Positions 1 through 8,138 of a stretch of DNA of 58,202 nucleotides are shown in pieces. Under the pieces are notes generated by a model that worked only from the letters and a program-made list of their open reading frames with translations, did no database searches and was not told where the DNA came from. Every line of letters starts with the position of its first letter. The stretch's first letter is position 1. The position numbers and the translations under genes were made by a program. Source of the DNA: Podarcis gaigeae (taxonomy: Eukaryota). The stretch is from NCBI GenBank assembly GCA_964106915.2, contig CAXKYZ020000115.1, one strand, 5' to 3'.

Positions 1-659
1 AACGCTTCAGTGATCGACCGCGGGCGTGCTTGCGTCGACTGCTGAGGGCGCTGACGAGTCGAGCCTTGCTGCCCGTTGTCCGCCTGCTGCATCTCATCCG
101 AGGTGTACAGACCGGACAAGTCCTGCGGGAATGCCTTACGCAATGCCAACGCCTCAGCGCATTTCGCCAACATCAGTGCGCCCTTCGTGGCCCACATCTG
201 CGTCACATCGCCGTTGAACTTGGTTCCCACGTACTCGTTCCAGAGCGCGATTGCGGGATAGCGTGCACCGTCACGAATCACGGTGACCTTCGCGGCGCGG
301 GGCTGCTCACGCTGCAACCAGACGTCGGTCCACTTGCCGTCTTCTCCGCACCACAGGGTGTCCTCGTAGCCGAACGTGCCACGAGCGGCGTCGGTAGCGC
401 GTCGAGCGATCAGACGAAACCCGTCGATCCCGGTCTGGATGGTCTGCTTCCCCTTGCGTTCGATCATGTAGATCTGGCGCGCAAACGGATCCAAGCCGGT
501 GCGCTGGCACTGGTGAAAGAACACGGCCAAGTCAGCTTTCGATGCTTTCTCGACGCCGATCTGAGCGAGCGCCGATTCCTGCTTCGGGGTCCAGAAGTCC
601 TGTTCGGGCGAAACCGCTAGTGCGGATCCTGTGTGTACTGCGATCTCGGTCATCGTCAT
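1..659 (-). CDS. RecT/Bet-like ssDNA annealing protein, 5' part (truncated by window edge)
   Basis: Identical to the 5' part of 38814-39734. Confidence 0.9.
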   Translation of the reverse strand, partial: MTMTEIAVHTGSALAVSPEQDFWTPKQESALAQIGVEKASKADLAVFFHQCQRTGLDPFARQIYMIERKGKQTIQTGIDGFRLIARRATDAARGTFGYEDTLWCGEDGKWTDVWLQREQPRAAKVTVIRDGARYPAIALWNEYVGTKFNGDVTQMWATKGALMLAKCAEALALRKAFPQDLSGLYTSDEMQQADNGQQGSTRQRPQQSTQARPRSITEA

Positions 660-871
660 CAGTCCTCGTCGATCGGTTCGGTGGCTTCTTCACGTTCATA
701 GGCGCTGGCATCAGCCCACAGGCTGATGGATAGGGAGGGCTTGCAGCCTCCGGCGCGAACGTTGATCGCCGAAGCGATCGTCTTCACGGTTTCCGCTTCG
801 GCGTCGGTCAGGATGACGAAGGCGCGTGTTGTGTCATCACACCCGGACGTTGCGATCAGGTACTCAGTCAT
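659..871 (-). CDS. Hypothetical phage protein, 70 aa
   Basis: Start/stop overlaps with both neighbours. Confidence 0.75.
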   Translation of the reverse strand: MTEYLIATSGCDDTTRAFVILTDAEAETVKTIASAINVRAGGCKPSLSISLWADASAYEREEATEPIDED

Positions 872-1788
872 GCTGCTTCTGCCTTTCGTGGCTTCAAGAT
901 TTCGGGAGCCTTCTCCGCGAGGCCAGACGTGGCGCGGATAGACGGCGCACCCTTGCTATTGACACGCGACGCGATCGTGTGACCGTTGAACGTCGCCTTC
1001 TTCGACGAACCCAAGTATTCGAGGAGCACCGACCCGGTCCGCTTCTTCTCCAGCGCCACAGCAGCTTCCGCCGCAAACGCCTCCAAATACGGAACCGCGA
1101 TCTCCGCCGGAACATCCACACCCGGATCATCAGCAATCGATGTATTCGCATACCGAACCGACAACCGATCACAATCACGCGAATGATCCGCCGCCGGCTG
1201 ATCGCCAGCCTCAACACGCGCCTGGAACTTCAACACCCGCTCCCGCAGCACCGCCGCATCCCGAGCGTCGTAGTCGATGACAAACACCTTCGGGCGACGA
1301 TGGAACAGTTCGAACGGACCGCACGCCGCGAGATGCGTACGGCGAGCACCGATCACATCCATCTGCCACATCACCTGCACCAGATAACCGATCGGAACCT
1401 CATCACCCCACGAGTGAATGTCGTCGGCTGTCTTGATCTCCAACAGTTCGACCGTGCCGTCAGGCAACGTGACAATCCCGTCCGGATCCGCTGTCTGCCA
1501 ATCACGAAGACTGTGCTGCCATGTCGACGTTTCCTCGATCGTCCAATCGAGATGCATGTTCGAGAACCAACCACGAATCAGCGGCTCGAACTCATGCCCG
1601 CGGCCCTGCACATCGGTCTGCGGCTGCGGCGGCACTACGCCTGTGATGCCGTCGTAGATCGATCGTTCGGTGTCCCACTTCGACAAACCACAGATCGCTG
1701 CGACCTTCGACGCCGAGTACTTCGTCCACCACTCCGCGGTGCCAGGAGCGAGAGGTTCGGGAAGCTGGAATCCAGTCAGAGTGGTCAT
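868..1788 (-). CDS. YqaJ-like (RecE/lambda-exo type) exonuclease
   Basis: SASKVAAICG, GHEFEP, ADPDG, LEIKT, Y..QVMWQM motifs; adjacent to RecT. Confidence 0.92.
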   Translation of the reverse strand: MTTLTGFQLPEPLAPGTAEWWTKYSASKVAAICGLSKWDTERSIYDGITGVVPPQPQTDVQGRGHEFEPLIRGWFSNMHLDWTIEETSTWQHSLRDWQTADPDGIVTLPDGTVELLEIKTADDIHSWGDEVPIGYLVQVMWQMDVIGARRTHLAACGPFELFHRRPKVFVIDYDARDAAVLRERVLKFQARVEAGDQPAADHSRDCDRLSVRYANTSIADDPGVDVPAEIAVPYLEAFAAEAAVALEKKRTGSVLLEYLGSSKKATFNGHTIASRVNSKGAPSIRATSGLAEKAPEILKPRKAEAA

Positions 1789-1976
1789 AGGATCACCGAC
1801 ACAGGCAGTGAGTCGATGAACAAGTCAGTCGCAGCGTCGAGGGCCTCAACCGTGCAGCCTTCGTGCGTTACGCCGACGGTCCCCGGAACCCGCAGATGCG
1901 GGTAGTGAAAGTCGAACACGTCATCAAATCTGTCCACTGCTTCCTGCAACTCAGGAGTGATATCCTTTACGTGCAT
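1785..1976 (-). CDS. Hypothetical protein, 63 aa (MHVKDITPELQ...)
   Basis: GGAAGG RBS-like sequence before ATG 1976; ATGA overlap with the exonuclease start. Confidence 0.7.
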   Translation of the reverse strand: MHVKDITPELQEAVDRFDDVFDFHYPHLRVPGTVGVTHEGCTVEALDAATDLFIDSLPVSVIL

Positions 1977-2006
1977 TCGCTTTTCCTTCCGATTGGTGAT
2001 TGCCTC

Positions 2007-2038
2007 GCCCGTCCTCCTGCAAGAGGGCGGGCTTTTTC
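2007..2038 (+). terminator. Intrinsic terminator-like hairpin downstream of cro
   Basis: GCCCGTCCTC-ctgcaa-GAGGGCGGGC followed by TTTTTCGT on +. Confidence 0.65.
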
Positions 2039-2044
2039 GTGCCT

Positions 2045-2323
2045 TCATGCCGAAACCAATTGTCGTTTGTCACGCGTGACACGCAACGGTTCAGGCATAA
2101 AAAGGGCCTTCCTGGGGGCTCGAAGCTCCTTGGCGATCAGCTTCGCCCGGTTCTGCGGGCAGTGCTTTCGCTTGCCAGTTCGGTAGTGGCCGATGGTGGA
2201 GTGGGAGCACTTCACCCTCGATGCCAGTTCTCGGACGGACATGTCGTTGTACTCCATGTATTCGACCAACAGGTCGGCGTTCACGATCACGTCGAGCCTC
2301 CATTCAGATTGCTTGTTTTTCAT
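2045..2323 (-). CDS. Cro-like HTH regulator, 92 aa
   Basis: MSVRELASRVKCSHSTIGHYRTG XRE-type HTH; divergent from repressor; GGAAAGG upstream of ATG 2323. Confidence 0.85.
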   Translation of the reverse strand: MKNKQSEWRLDVIVNADLLVEYMEYNDMSVRELASRVKCSHSTIGHYRTGKRKHCPQNRAKLIAKELRAPRKALFMPEPLRVTRDKRQLVSA

Positions 2324-2345
2324 GGCTTTGCCTTTCCGTTTCACT

Positions 2346-2525
2346 GTAGACGCTCTGTCTACCGTCCCACAAGACAGTAGACGGTGTAGACACTTTTGTC
2401 TACACCTGAATTGGCGATTTTCGACCCATACCTCAAGCAATGCAGATCACAGTGATGGAATTTGTAGACAGCGCGTCTACACTCTGACTATTCGAACACT
2501 GCCGCCGTGAGGAACGTTTGTAGAC
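2346..2525. promoter_or_regulatory. Lysis/lysogeny switch operator array GTAGAC-N5/6-GTCTAC
   Basis: Palindromes at 2346-2362, 2383-2406 (GGTGTAGACA-cttt-TGTCTACACC) and 2463-2481; half-sites at 2377-2382 and 2520-2525. Confidence 0.85.
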
Positions 2526-2993
2526 ATGAACCCCGGACCCACCACAGACGATCTGTGGGACGCAGCGCTCGTCAAAGCTGGCTTCGTGGACAAGCGTGAC
2601 GGCGAATCCCCCTCGCACCGCGCACTAGCCGAACACCTCGGAATCGGCACATCTACCATCACCAACATCCGCGCCGGCAACGCCAAACCAAAACCAGCCA
2701 CAGTCGCTAAGATCGCCGACGCCCTCCGCATCGACGTACGCGAACTATCCCGCTGGATCGGCCAGACCCGCGAAGTTGCGAAGCCCTACACCCCACCCTC
2801 CGAAGCCGACCTTCTCGACCAACGAGAACGCGACGCCCTAGACGAGATCATCCGAGTCATGGCCGCCAGCAAGATCGGTGTCAAGCCTGAGGACGAGACT
2901 TCCCAGAATCAACCGCTCAGGGTTGTCCGTCCGATTACCGCTTCGCCGCCAATCGCGGCGTCCAGGAGAAACAAGGAAACCAGATCCGACTAG
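2526..2993 (+). CDS. Immunity repressor (XRE HTH)
   Basis: SHRALAEHLGIGTSTITNIRAG..PKPATVAKIADAL HTH; divergent to cro; heads the lysogeny operon. Confidence 0.88.
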   Translation: MNPGPTTDDLWDAALVKAGFVDKRDGESPSHRALAEHLGIGTSTITNIRAGNAKPKPATVAKIADALRIDVRELSRWIGQTREVAKPYTPPSEADLLDQRERDALDEIIRVMAASKIGVKPEDETSQNQPLRVVRPITASPPIAASRRNKETRSD

Positions 2994-3034
2994 TCGTGTT
3001 CTAAGTTGTCGGTATCACTGTCTACAGTCCGCGC

Positions 3035-3466
3035 ATGACCCGATACCACCCTTGGCGGACAGCGCGAAACAAACACGCCGACACCGTGATCGACTGCACC
3101 CGCGAACTCCCCGAGGGCGTAGCGGGCTACACAGACGGCACCGACATATGCATCTGCCGCACCCTCACACAAGCCGCACGACGATCAGTCCTCACTCACG
3201 AGTTGATCCATCTCGAGCGCGGACTCCCCTCCACAGATCCACGCTACGAGGCCCGCGAAGAGAAACTGGTCGACGAACTCGCAGCACGGCTACTGATCCC
3301 TCTCGACTCTCTCGTCAATGCACTCGTTTGGACGCGAGGACAGCCCGACGACGAATGCGCCTGGGAACTCTGGACAGACCTGCACACGCTTCTCGTGCGG
3401 GTCCGAACGCTGACCCCGCACGAGCGGGCTTACATTAATTCCGAACTGGACCGACGCTCAAACTAA
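3035..3466 (+). CDS. ImmA/IrrE-family metallopeptidase
   Basis: RRSVLTHELIH (HExxH) and EE..VDELAARLLIP; directly after repressor. Confidence 0.88.
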   Translation: MTRYHPWRTARNKHADTVIDCTRELPEGVAGYTDGTDICICRTLTQAARRSVLTHELIHLERGLPSTDPRYEAREEKLVDELAARLLIPLDSLVNALVWTRGQPDDECAWELWTDLHTLLVRVRTLTPHERAYINSELDRRSN

Positions 3467-3491
3467 GCGCCCCCACCTGAAAGGCACGACA

Positions 3492-4151
3492 ATGACCACA
3501 CCTGGCCCCGGCTGGCATCCCGACCCAGAAGGCAACCAGCAGTTCCGCTACTGGGACGGCCAACAGTGGACTAGTGCCACACAGCCCCTGCCTCAACCGA
3601 CACCACCACCCGCGCCACCCGAGCCCATTGACCCCGAGAAGCTCGCCAAAGATCGCAAACGAGCACTCATCGGCGCAGGCGTAGTCGCAGTGCTCATCGC
3701 CGCATACTTCGGCGTCAACGCTCTTGCCAACCGCAAAGACGATGCCGAAACAGTCGCCGCAGAAACCACCACATCCGAAGCGGCACCGACCACCACGACA
3801 ACGGTCAGGCCGACGACTACAACAGTGCGAACAACCGTCGCAGCCGCACCACCAGTCACGACGACCTCACATGCTGCTGCAACGACCAACTACAACCCGG
3901 CCGACGACCCCGAGTTCCTATTCCTGGGGACACTGACACTCATCGGATTCCCTGACACCCCAGATTCAACGGCACTCGAAGCCGGACGAACAGCCTGCGC
4001 CAGCTTCAGGAAAGGCGAAGAGTTCATGGACATTTCGCTGATGACCTACTTCAACGGCCCTGACAGTTGGACGCCTGAGAATGCAGGACAACTCGTTGGC
4101 GCGGCAGTCTCCGCCTTCTGCCCGCAATACAAAAGCGAGCTGCCACGATAA
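3492..4151 (+). CDS. Membrane protein: DUF2510-like N-terminus, TM helix, Thr-rich linker, DUF732-like C-terminus
   Basis: PGWHPDPEG...RYWDGQQWT; ALIGAGVVAVLIAAYFGV; GRTAC...AAVSAFCP. Confidence 0.8.
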   Translation: MTTPGPGWHPDPEGNQQFRYWDGQQWTSATQPLPQPTPPPAPPEPIDPEKLAKDRKRALIGAGVVAVLIAAYFGVNALANRKDDAETVAAETTTSEAAPTTTTTVRPTTTTVRTTVAAAPPVTTTSHAAATTNYNPADDPEFLFLGTLTLIGFPDTPDSTALEAGRTACASFRKGEEFMDISLMTYFNGPDSWTPENAGQLVGAAVSAFCPQYKSELPR

Positions 4152-4154
4152 AGG

Positions 4155-5258
4155 TCAGAGCCCTTCGAGTGCTGCTGTGAGGGCTGCCGATGCTGCTTGC
4201 GCGGCACGGCGATCCAGATGCCCGTAAATGTTGATCGTCGTCGTGATCGACTCGTGGCCGAGGTGCTGCTGAATGACAGGCAGCGGCACCCCGGCCGCGA
4301 TCATCCAACTTGCGCACGAATGCCGAAGATCATGTGGCCGCGGCTTCTTCCCTAATCTGTCGGACAGCTCCGCTATCATCGGCCGCCACGCCTTGTTGTG
4401 AAAAAGTTGAGCAGTGACCGGGCGCCCGAGACGATTTGTGAACACGAACTCATCCGGTGCGCGCCCCTTTAGATCGCCGCACGCCTCGATCGCCTGATCT
4501 GACAGGTTGATCGTCCGCACAGATTTCCGGGACTTCGGCGGCCCAAGTTTCCGCTTCGCCTCGCCCGTGTACTTCCAGGCCCGCACAATCCGTCCCGTCT
4601 TCTCCTCCACATTCAGATCGCCCACCTGAAACGCAGTCGCCTCCGAGAACCGCATCCCCGTCGACACCAGAAACACCGTCAACGGACGCCATTGCTCGAC
4701 CACAACATCCCGCACTCGAACGAACTCAGTTGGAGTCAAGAACACCGGCTCATCTTCCTTGTGCCGCGCCGGCAACCTCCGACCGTCACACGGGTTCACT
4801 TCAATGTGATTCGCTCGCACAGCACCGTTGAACGCACCCGACAAGAACCCATGCTTGTTGGCGATGGTCTTCGAGGATCCCTCCTGCGCCTGGACCCACT
4901 TCGAGATCGCCTTCTCGTTCACCACAGATAGCGGCAGAAAACCAAGAATCGGATCAATGTCGCGGCGGAGGTACGAGCGGTACTTGTTCTTCGTTGCTTC
5001 CTCGACGCCAGTCAGATGGTCGATGTACTCGGTGCACCACTCTGTCACCGTCAGGGCGGGGATCTCTTCGGGTAATGCTTCCGCGCCGAACATCAGCTCT
5101 TGCGCTGCATCGGGTCCGATCTGCTCCAACAGCTTCTTGTACTTGGTGGCTTCCTTCGGATCGTCGAAGCTGTCCGAGGATTGCGTGCCGTTGTGCCGGT
5201 ACAGAACCTGGTAGTAGGGCGTGCCCGCTTTGGTGGTTCGTGGTCGAATGGATGCCAT
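4155..5258 (-). CDS. int: Tyrosine integrase, about 367 aa
   Basis: TGMRFSE, HDLRHSCASW, LGHESITTT.NIYGH catalytic motifs; start taken at MASIRPR. Confidence 0.96.
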   Translation of the reverse strand: MASIRPRTTKAGTPYYQVLYRHNGTQSSDSFDDPKEATKYKKLLEQIGPDAAQELMFGAEALPEEIPALTVTEWCTEYIDHLTGVEEATKNKYRSYLRRDIDPILGFLPLSVVNEKAISKWVQAQEGSSKTIANKHGFLSGAFNGAVRANHIEVNPCDGRRLPARHKEDEPVFLTPTEFVRVRDVVVEQWRPLTVFLVSTGMRFSEATAFQVGDLNVEEKTGRIVRAWKYTGEAKRKLGPPKSRKSVRTINLSDQAIEACGDLKGRAPDEFVFTNRLGRPVTAQLFHNKAWRPMIAELSDRLGKKPRPHDLRHSCASWMIAAGVPLPVIQQHLGHESITTTINIYGHLDRRAAQAASAALTAALEGL

Positions 5259-5288
5259 GAAACGAAAAAACCTCCCGGTTAGGGAGGT
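5259..5288 (-). terminator. Intrinsic terminator immediately upstream of int start
   Basis: Minus strand ACCTCCC-taacc-GGGAGGT-TTTTTCGTTTC-ATG. Confidence 0.75.
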
Positions 5289-5313
5289 CATCGTATCGTC
5301 GTTGTGTGACAGG

Positions 5314-5516
5314 TGTTGACGTGGCGTGTTGACCGTCAACATTTTTTTCACCTTGCAGGTCTCTGACCTGCATCGATATGGTGGAGCTAAGGGGATTCGA
5401 ACCCCTGCGAAAACAGGGTATACGCGCAGGTCAGGGAGTATTTATTGCGTCTTCCGTGATTGTTGACGCAGCCAGTTGACCAGCGGTTATGGATGGTCAT
5501 GTTGACGCGGTCAACA
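5314..5516. promoter_or_regulatory. attP region with repeated TGTTGAC arm-type sites flanking the core
   Basis: TGTTGAC at 5314, 5327, 5461, 5500; GTTGAC at 5475; GTCAACA at 5335, 5510. Confidence 0.7.
5379..5407 (-). other. attP core = 3' end of tRNA-Ala (T-arm, acceptor strand, CCA)
   Basis: Minus strand CAGGGGTTCGAATCCCCTTAGCTCCACCA; TAGCTCC complements the GGGGCTA 5' end of tRNA-Ala including the G3.U70 pair; no tRNA 5' half present. Confidence 0.9.
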
Positions 5517-5797
5517 CACTTTCCCTCGCACATCTGTTCGATACCTGGTAGCGTCGGCACTGTTGGCAGGAGACGGAAGGGAAGCCGTCAGTGATCGCCG
5601 CACCACAACTGAATAGTTCGATGCCCACCTGACTCATTCGGCAGCACAGGTGGGCTTCGACGTACCATGGCAGCAACGCGTATCGTGTCCTGATCGTGAC
5701 GTAACACGCAATGTAATTTTGACGACTTAGTGATGGAATGTAGCGGCAAGTAGCGCATAGTGGGTGCACGACCCGATACAAGGGATATATTGCCCGG

Positions 5798-6013
5798 ATG
5801 CCGACTAGACCCCGTCATCCGATCAAGGAACTGGAAGCACTGTTAAAAGAGCTCGAAAATCAAGGCTGGCGGGTAGTCAAGACCAAGTACTACAAGGTCT
5901 ACTGTCCTTGCAAGCTCCATATCAGCACAGTGCATCTGACGCCATCGAACCCTATGTATCAACAGAATCTAGAAGGAAAGCTGAGGAGGACAGGATGCTT
6001 CGAGCAGAAGTAG
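5798..6013 (+). CDS. HicA-like small basic protein (putative toxin)
   Basis: KELEALLKELENQGWRVVK pattern typical of HicA N-termini; TATATT -10 ends 6 nt before ATG (probably leaderless). Confidence 0.6.
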   Translation: MPTRPRHPIKELEALLKELENQGWRVVKTKYYKVYCPCKLHISTVHLTPSNPMYQQNLEGKLRRTGCFEQK

Positions 6014-6342
6014 GCACCACCACCTACTACGTCGAACTGATAGTCGGAGTCCGACGCGACAACAACGACCTTGAGAGCATCATCGACCCATTGATGGATG
6101 CCTTCGAGGGACTGACCGGTGTGAGCGACGTCGACCTCGGTGTCGACTTCGGAGAGCGCACACTCACCATCTCGATGTATGTCGACGCCGACACCGAGGG
6201 TGGTGCGATCAACGACGCCATCGCCGCAGCGCGGACCGCCATCCATCAAACCGGAGGCCACACCCCAGGCTGGGAAAACTCCATGCCTGAGGCTGATGAC
6301 TTCTTCTCCTCAGTGAAGCGAGCCGACCTAGTCGACTGCTGA
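5995..6342 (+). CDS. Acidic partner protein, 115 aa (putative HicB-like antitoxin)
   Basis: GAGGAGG RBS; overlaps upstream ORF; VDADTEGGAINDAIAAAR resembles the HicB G.T.EEA..NA.EA motif. Confidence 0.55.
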   Translation: MLRAEVGTTTYYVELIVGVRRDNNDLESIIDPLMDAFEGLTGVSDVDLGVDFGERTLTISMYVDADTEGGAINDAIAAARTAIHQTGGHTPGWENSMPEADDFFSSVKRADLVDC

Positions 6343-6357
6343 CATCGTTAGACGACG

Positions 6358-6394
6358 AAAAGCCCCCAACCTCGCGATGAGGTTGGGGGCTTTT
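6358..6394. terminator. Bidirectional intrinsic terminator
   Basis: AAAAGCCCCCAACCTC-gcgat-GAGGTTGGGGGCTTTT between convergent genes. Confidence 0.92.
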
Positions 6395-6395
6395 G

Positions 6396-6533
6396 TCATT
6401 CTGCGGGTGTTTCCGGTTGCTTCATGATGATCAGTTCGGCGTCCGGTGCATCTTTCCAGCGGTACGCCCAGCGTCCGTCAGCGAGTTTCACGGTGCCGGG
6501 TTGGCCGGTGTCGGGGTCAGGTTCGAAAGCCAT
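6396..6533 (-). CDS. Small protein, 45 aa (MAFEPDPDTGQPGTVKLADGRWAYRWKDAPDAELIIMKQPETPAE)
   Basis: Hand-translated; fills the gap between the last tail gene and the terminator. Confidence 0.65.
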   Translation of the reverse strand: MAFEPDPDTGQPGTVKLADGRWAYRWKDAPDAELIIMKQPETPAE

Positions 6534-6554
6534 ACCCTGATTGTCTCAGCCCGG

Positions 6555-7676
6555 TCAGGTGATGCGGACGTAGGTGTTCGCTCCGGATTGGATCGGGAAC
6601 GAGTTCGAGAAGTTCGTGAACCAGCATTCGATCGTCGCGACTTGACCGGTGGTGATTGCCATCGGATCGGATGCGATTGGAACATTCGTCGTCGCGTATC
6701 CGGTCAGGGGGTAGTCCGTGATGGTCTTCACGACTACGCCATCTACTTTCAGCCGCACACTCACCTGGTAAGCGCCGGTCGACAGAGTAATGCTGAGTTG
6801 CCCTGACACGACAGCATTCGCCTTCGCGCCCCGAGCTTGAACACCATCGCCGGATACTGTCGAACCGGAATCCGCTGTCCACGCGGGCACGACAAGCCAC
6901 GCCCCATTGGCCGTCGGAACCCAGTTACCGTTCTTCGTCATCCCAGACGGGCTGAAGTTGATCGCCTGAACGTTCGGTACGTAAGCCGTTGCTGTGCCCG
7001 TGATCGACGGCGCGATGACCTTCGCGTCCCGCCGAATCTCGGGCGCGTACACAGTCGCTGAAACCGCAATCAGAGGGGCTGTCACTGCACTTGAACCGAT
7101 CACTGCCGGCGCGTTCACTGACCCAGTTACCGCGATCATCGGAGCATTGATCACAGCTGTTCCCGTTGCGGTCACCAACGGAGCCAACAACTCTGCGAAC
7201 GCCGCGATGATCGGAACGGTAGCCGCGTAGTCCGCGGTGATCTTAGGCGAGTACATGCCAGCAGTCACCTGGATGAACGGCACTTCGACTGTCGCATCGA
7301 ACGCCTCGGACACAGTGGGTGCCAGCACGATCGCTGACACCGAAATCGCAGGTACCTCGATCAACGCCTCGGCCGAGACATCGGGCGCATAGACAACACC
7401 AGCTACGAGTATTGCTGTTTCGGGTCGGACAGTTGCCGTTCCGGAGACGGACGGTTCGTAAACCTGAGCCGAGGCAGTGATGAGCGGTGCTACGGTGCGA
7501 ACAGTAGCCGACACAACCGGGTCTGCCATCACGACCGACACCAGAATTTGAGGAATCGGCACGAAGGCATCCATCGTGCCGTCCCACACCAGTTGATCAC
7601 CGAGATACGCACGGACAGCTCGCTTGCCATCCAAGATCAGCGCCGATGCGGCTTGGCCGCGGTTGAACAAGCCCAT
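6555..7676 (-). CDS. Minor tail / tail fibre protein with P-x-I-x-V/A-x-A-x-V-x-A-P repeats
   Basis: Periodic APLI/VPAI..SA.V.AP repeats; end of tail module; AGGAGG RBS. Confidence 0.75.
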   Translation of the reverse strand: MGLFNRGQAASALILDGKRAVRAYLGDQLVWDGTMDAFVPIPQILVSVVMADPVVSATVRTVAPLITASAQVYEPSVSGTATVRPETAILVAGVVYAPDVSAEALIEVPAISVSAIVLAPTVSEAFDATVEVPFIQVTAGMYSPKITADYAATVPIIAAFAELLAPLVTATGTAVINAPMIAVTGSVNAPAVIGSSAVTAPLIAVSATVYAPEIRRDAKVIAPSITGTATAYVPNVQAINFSPSGMTKNGNWVPTANGAWLVVPAWTADSGSTVSGDGVQARGAKANAVVSGQLSITLSTGAYQVSVRLKVDGVVVKTITDYPLTGYATTNVPIASDPMAITTGQVATIECWFTNFSNSFPIQSGANTYVRIT

Positions 7677-7691
7677 CGTGACGCCTCCTGC

Positions 7692-8129
7692 TTACGGGGT
7701 GGTGAAGCCGATGATTCCGGCGGCATCCCACACACTGGTGAAAACACCTGCCGTAGTGGACACGTCAGCGCCGAAATCGATGTACCCGATGAGGGGCTTC
7801 GTCGCATCCGTAGACGGCGTGTCGTCGTACAGCACCAAATAACGGCCCGTGACTGTCGAGTCGGGCCACTGCGTATCCGACGCATCCAGAATCAGAGTGT
7901 TGGTTCCTGCGGTGTAGTTAACCGTCTTACCCGCCAACGCCACACCACCAGCGGTGTAGCCAGTGCCCGCGGACTCGTTTGTCACGGACGACTTGTACTG
8001 GTGGGTGTCCTGATTCGGGGTGTACGCGCTCGTGCAGAGCATCGCCTTGATGGTGTGCGAGGTCCAGTTGATCTCGCCGTTCACCATGCTTTTGAAGGCG
8101 AGGCCGTAGAGCTTGCCTGATGCTGCCAT
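7692..8129 (-). CDS. Minor tail protein
   Basis: TIKAMLCTSAYTPNQDTH..GTGYTAGG..PLIGYIDFG, typical actinophage virion protein. Confidence 0.8.
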   Translation of the reverse strand: MAASGKLYGLAFKSMVNGEINWTSHTIKAMLCTSAYTPNQDTHQYKSSVTNESAGTGYTAGGVALAGKTVNYTAGTNTLILDASDTQWPDSTVTGRYLVLYDDTPSTDATKPLIGYIDFGADVSTTAGVFTSVWDAAGIIGFTTP

Positions 8130-8138
8130 GTCGGTCTC

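Noticed and set aside
826-1905. 359-aa plus-strand ORF
   Set aside because: Antisense to the YqaJ exonuclease; Arg-rich shadow
2346-2525. CRISPR-like or transposon-end repeats
   Set aside because: Short palindromes with irregular spacing between divergent HTH genes; no cas or transposase; these are operators
2526-2993. Integration-dependent immunity (attP inside the repressor gene)
   Set aside because: The att core is about 2.4 kb away, upstream of int, not within the repressor
5259-5351. Longer integrase N-terminus (398 aa)
   Set aside because: Runs through att arm repeats and a terminator; MASIR is the more typical start, though this is not proven
5379-5407. Possible tRNA gene
   Set aside because: Only the T-arm, acceptor 3' strand and CCA are present; no D or anticodon arm. 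It is the att core.
6555-7676. Diversity-generating retroelement or invertible tail-fibre cassette
   Set aside because: No reverse transcriptase, invertase or template/variable repeat pair seen; the repeats are protein-level only
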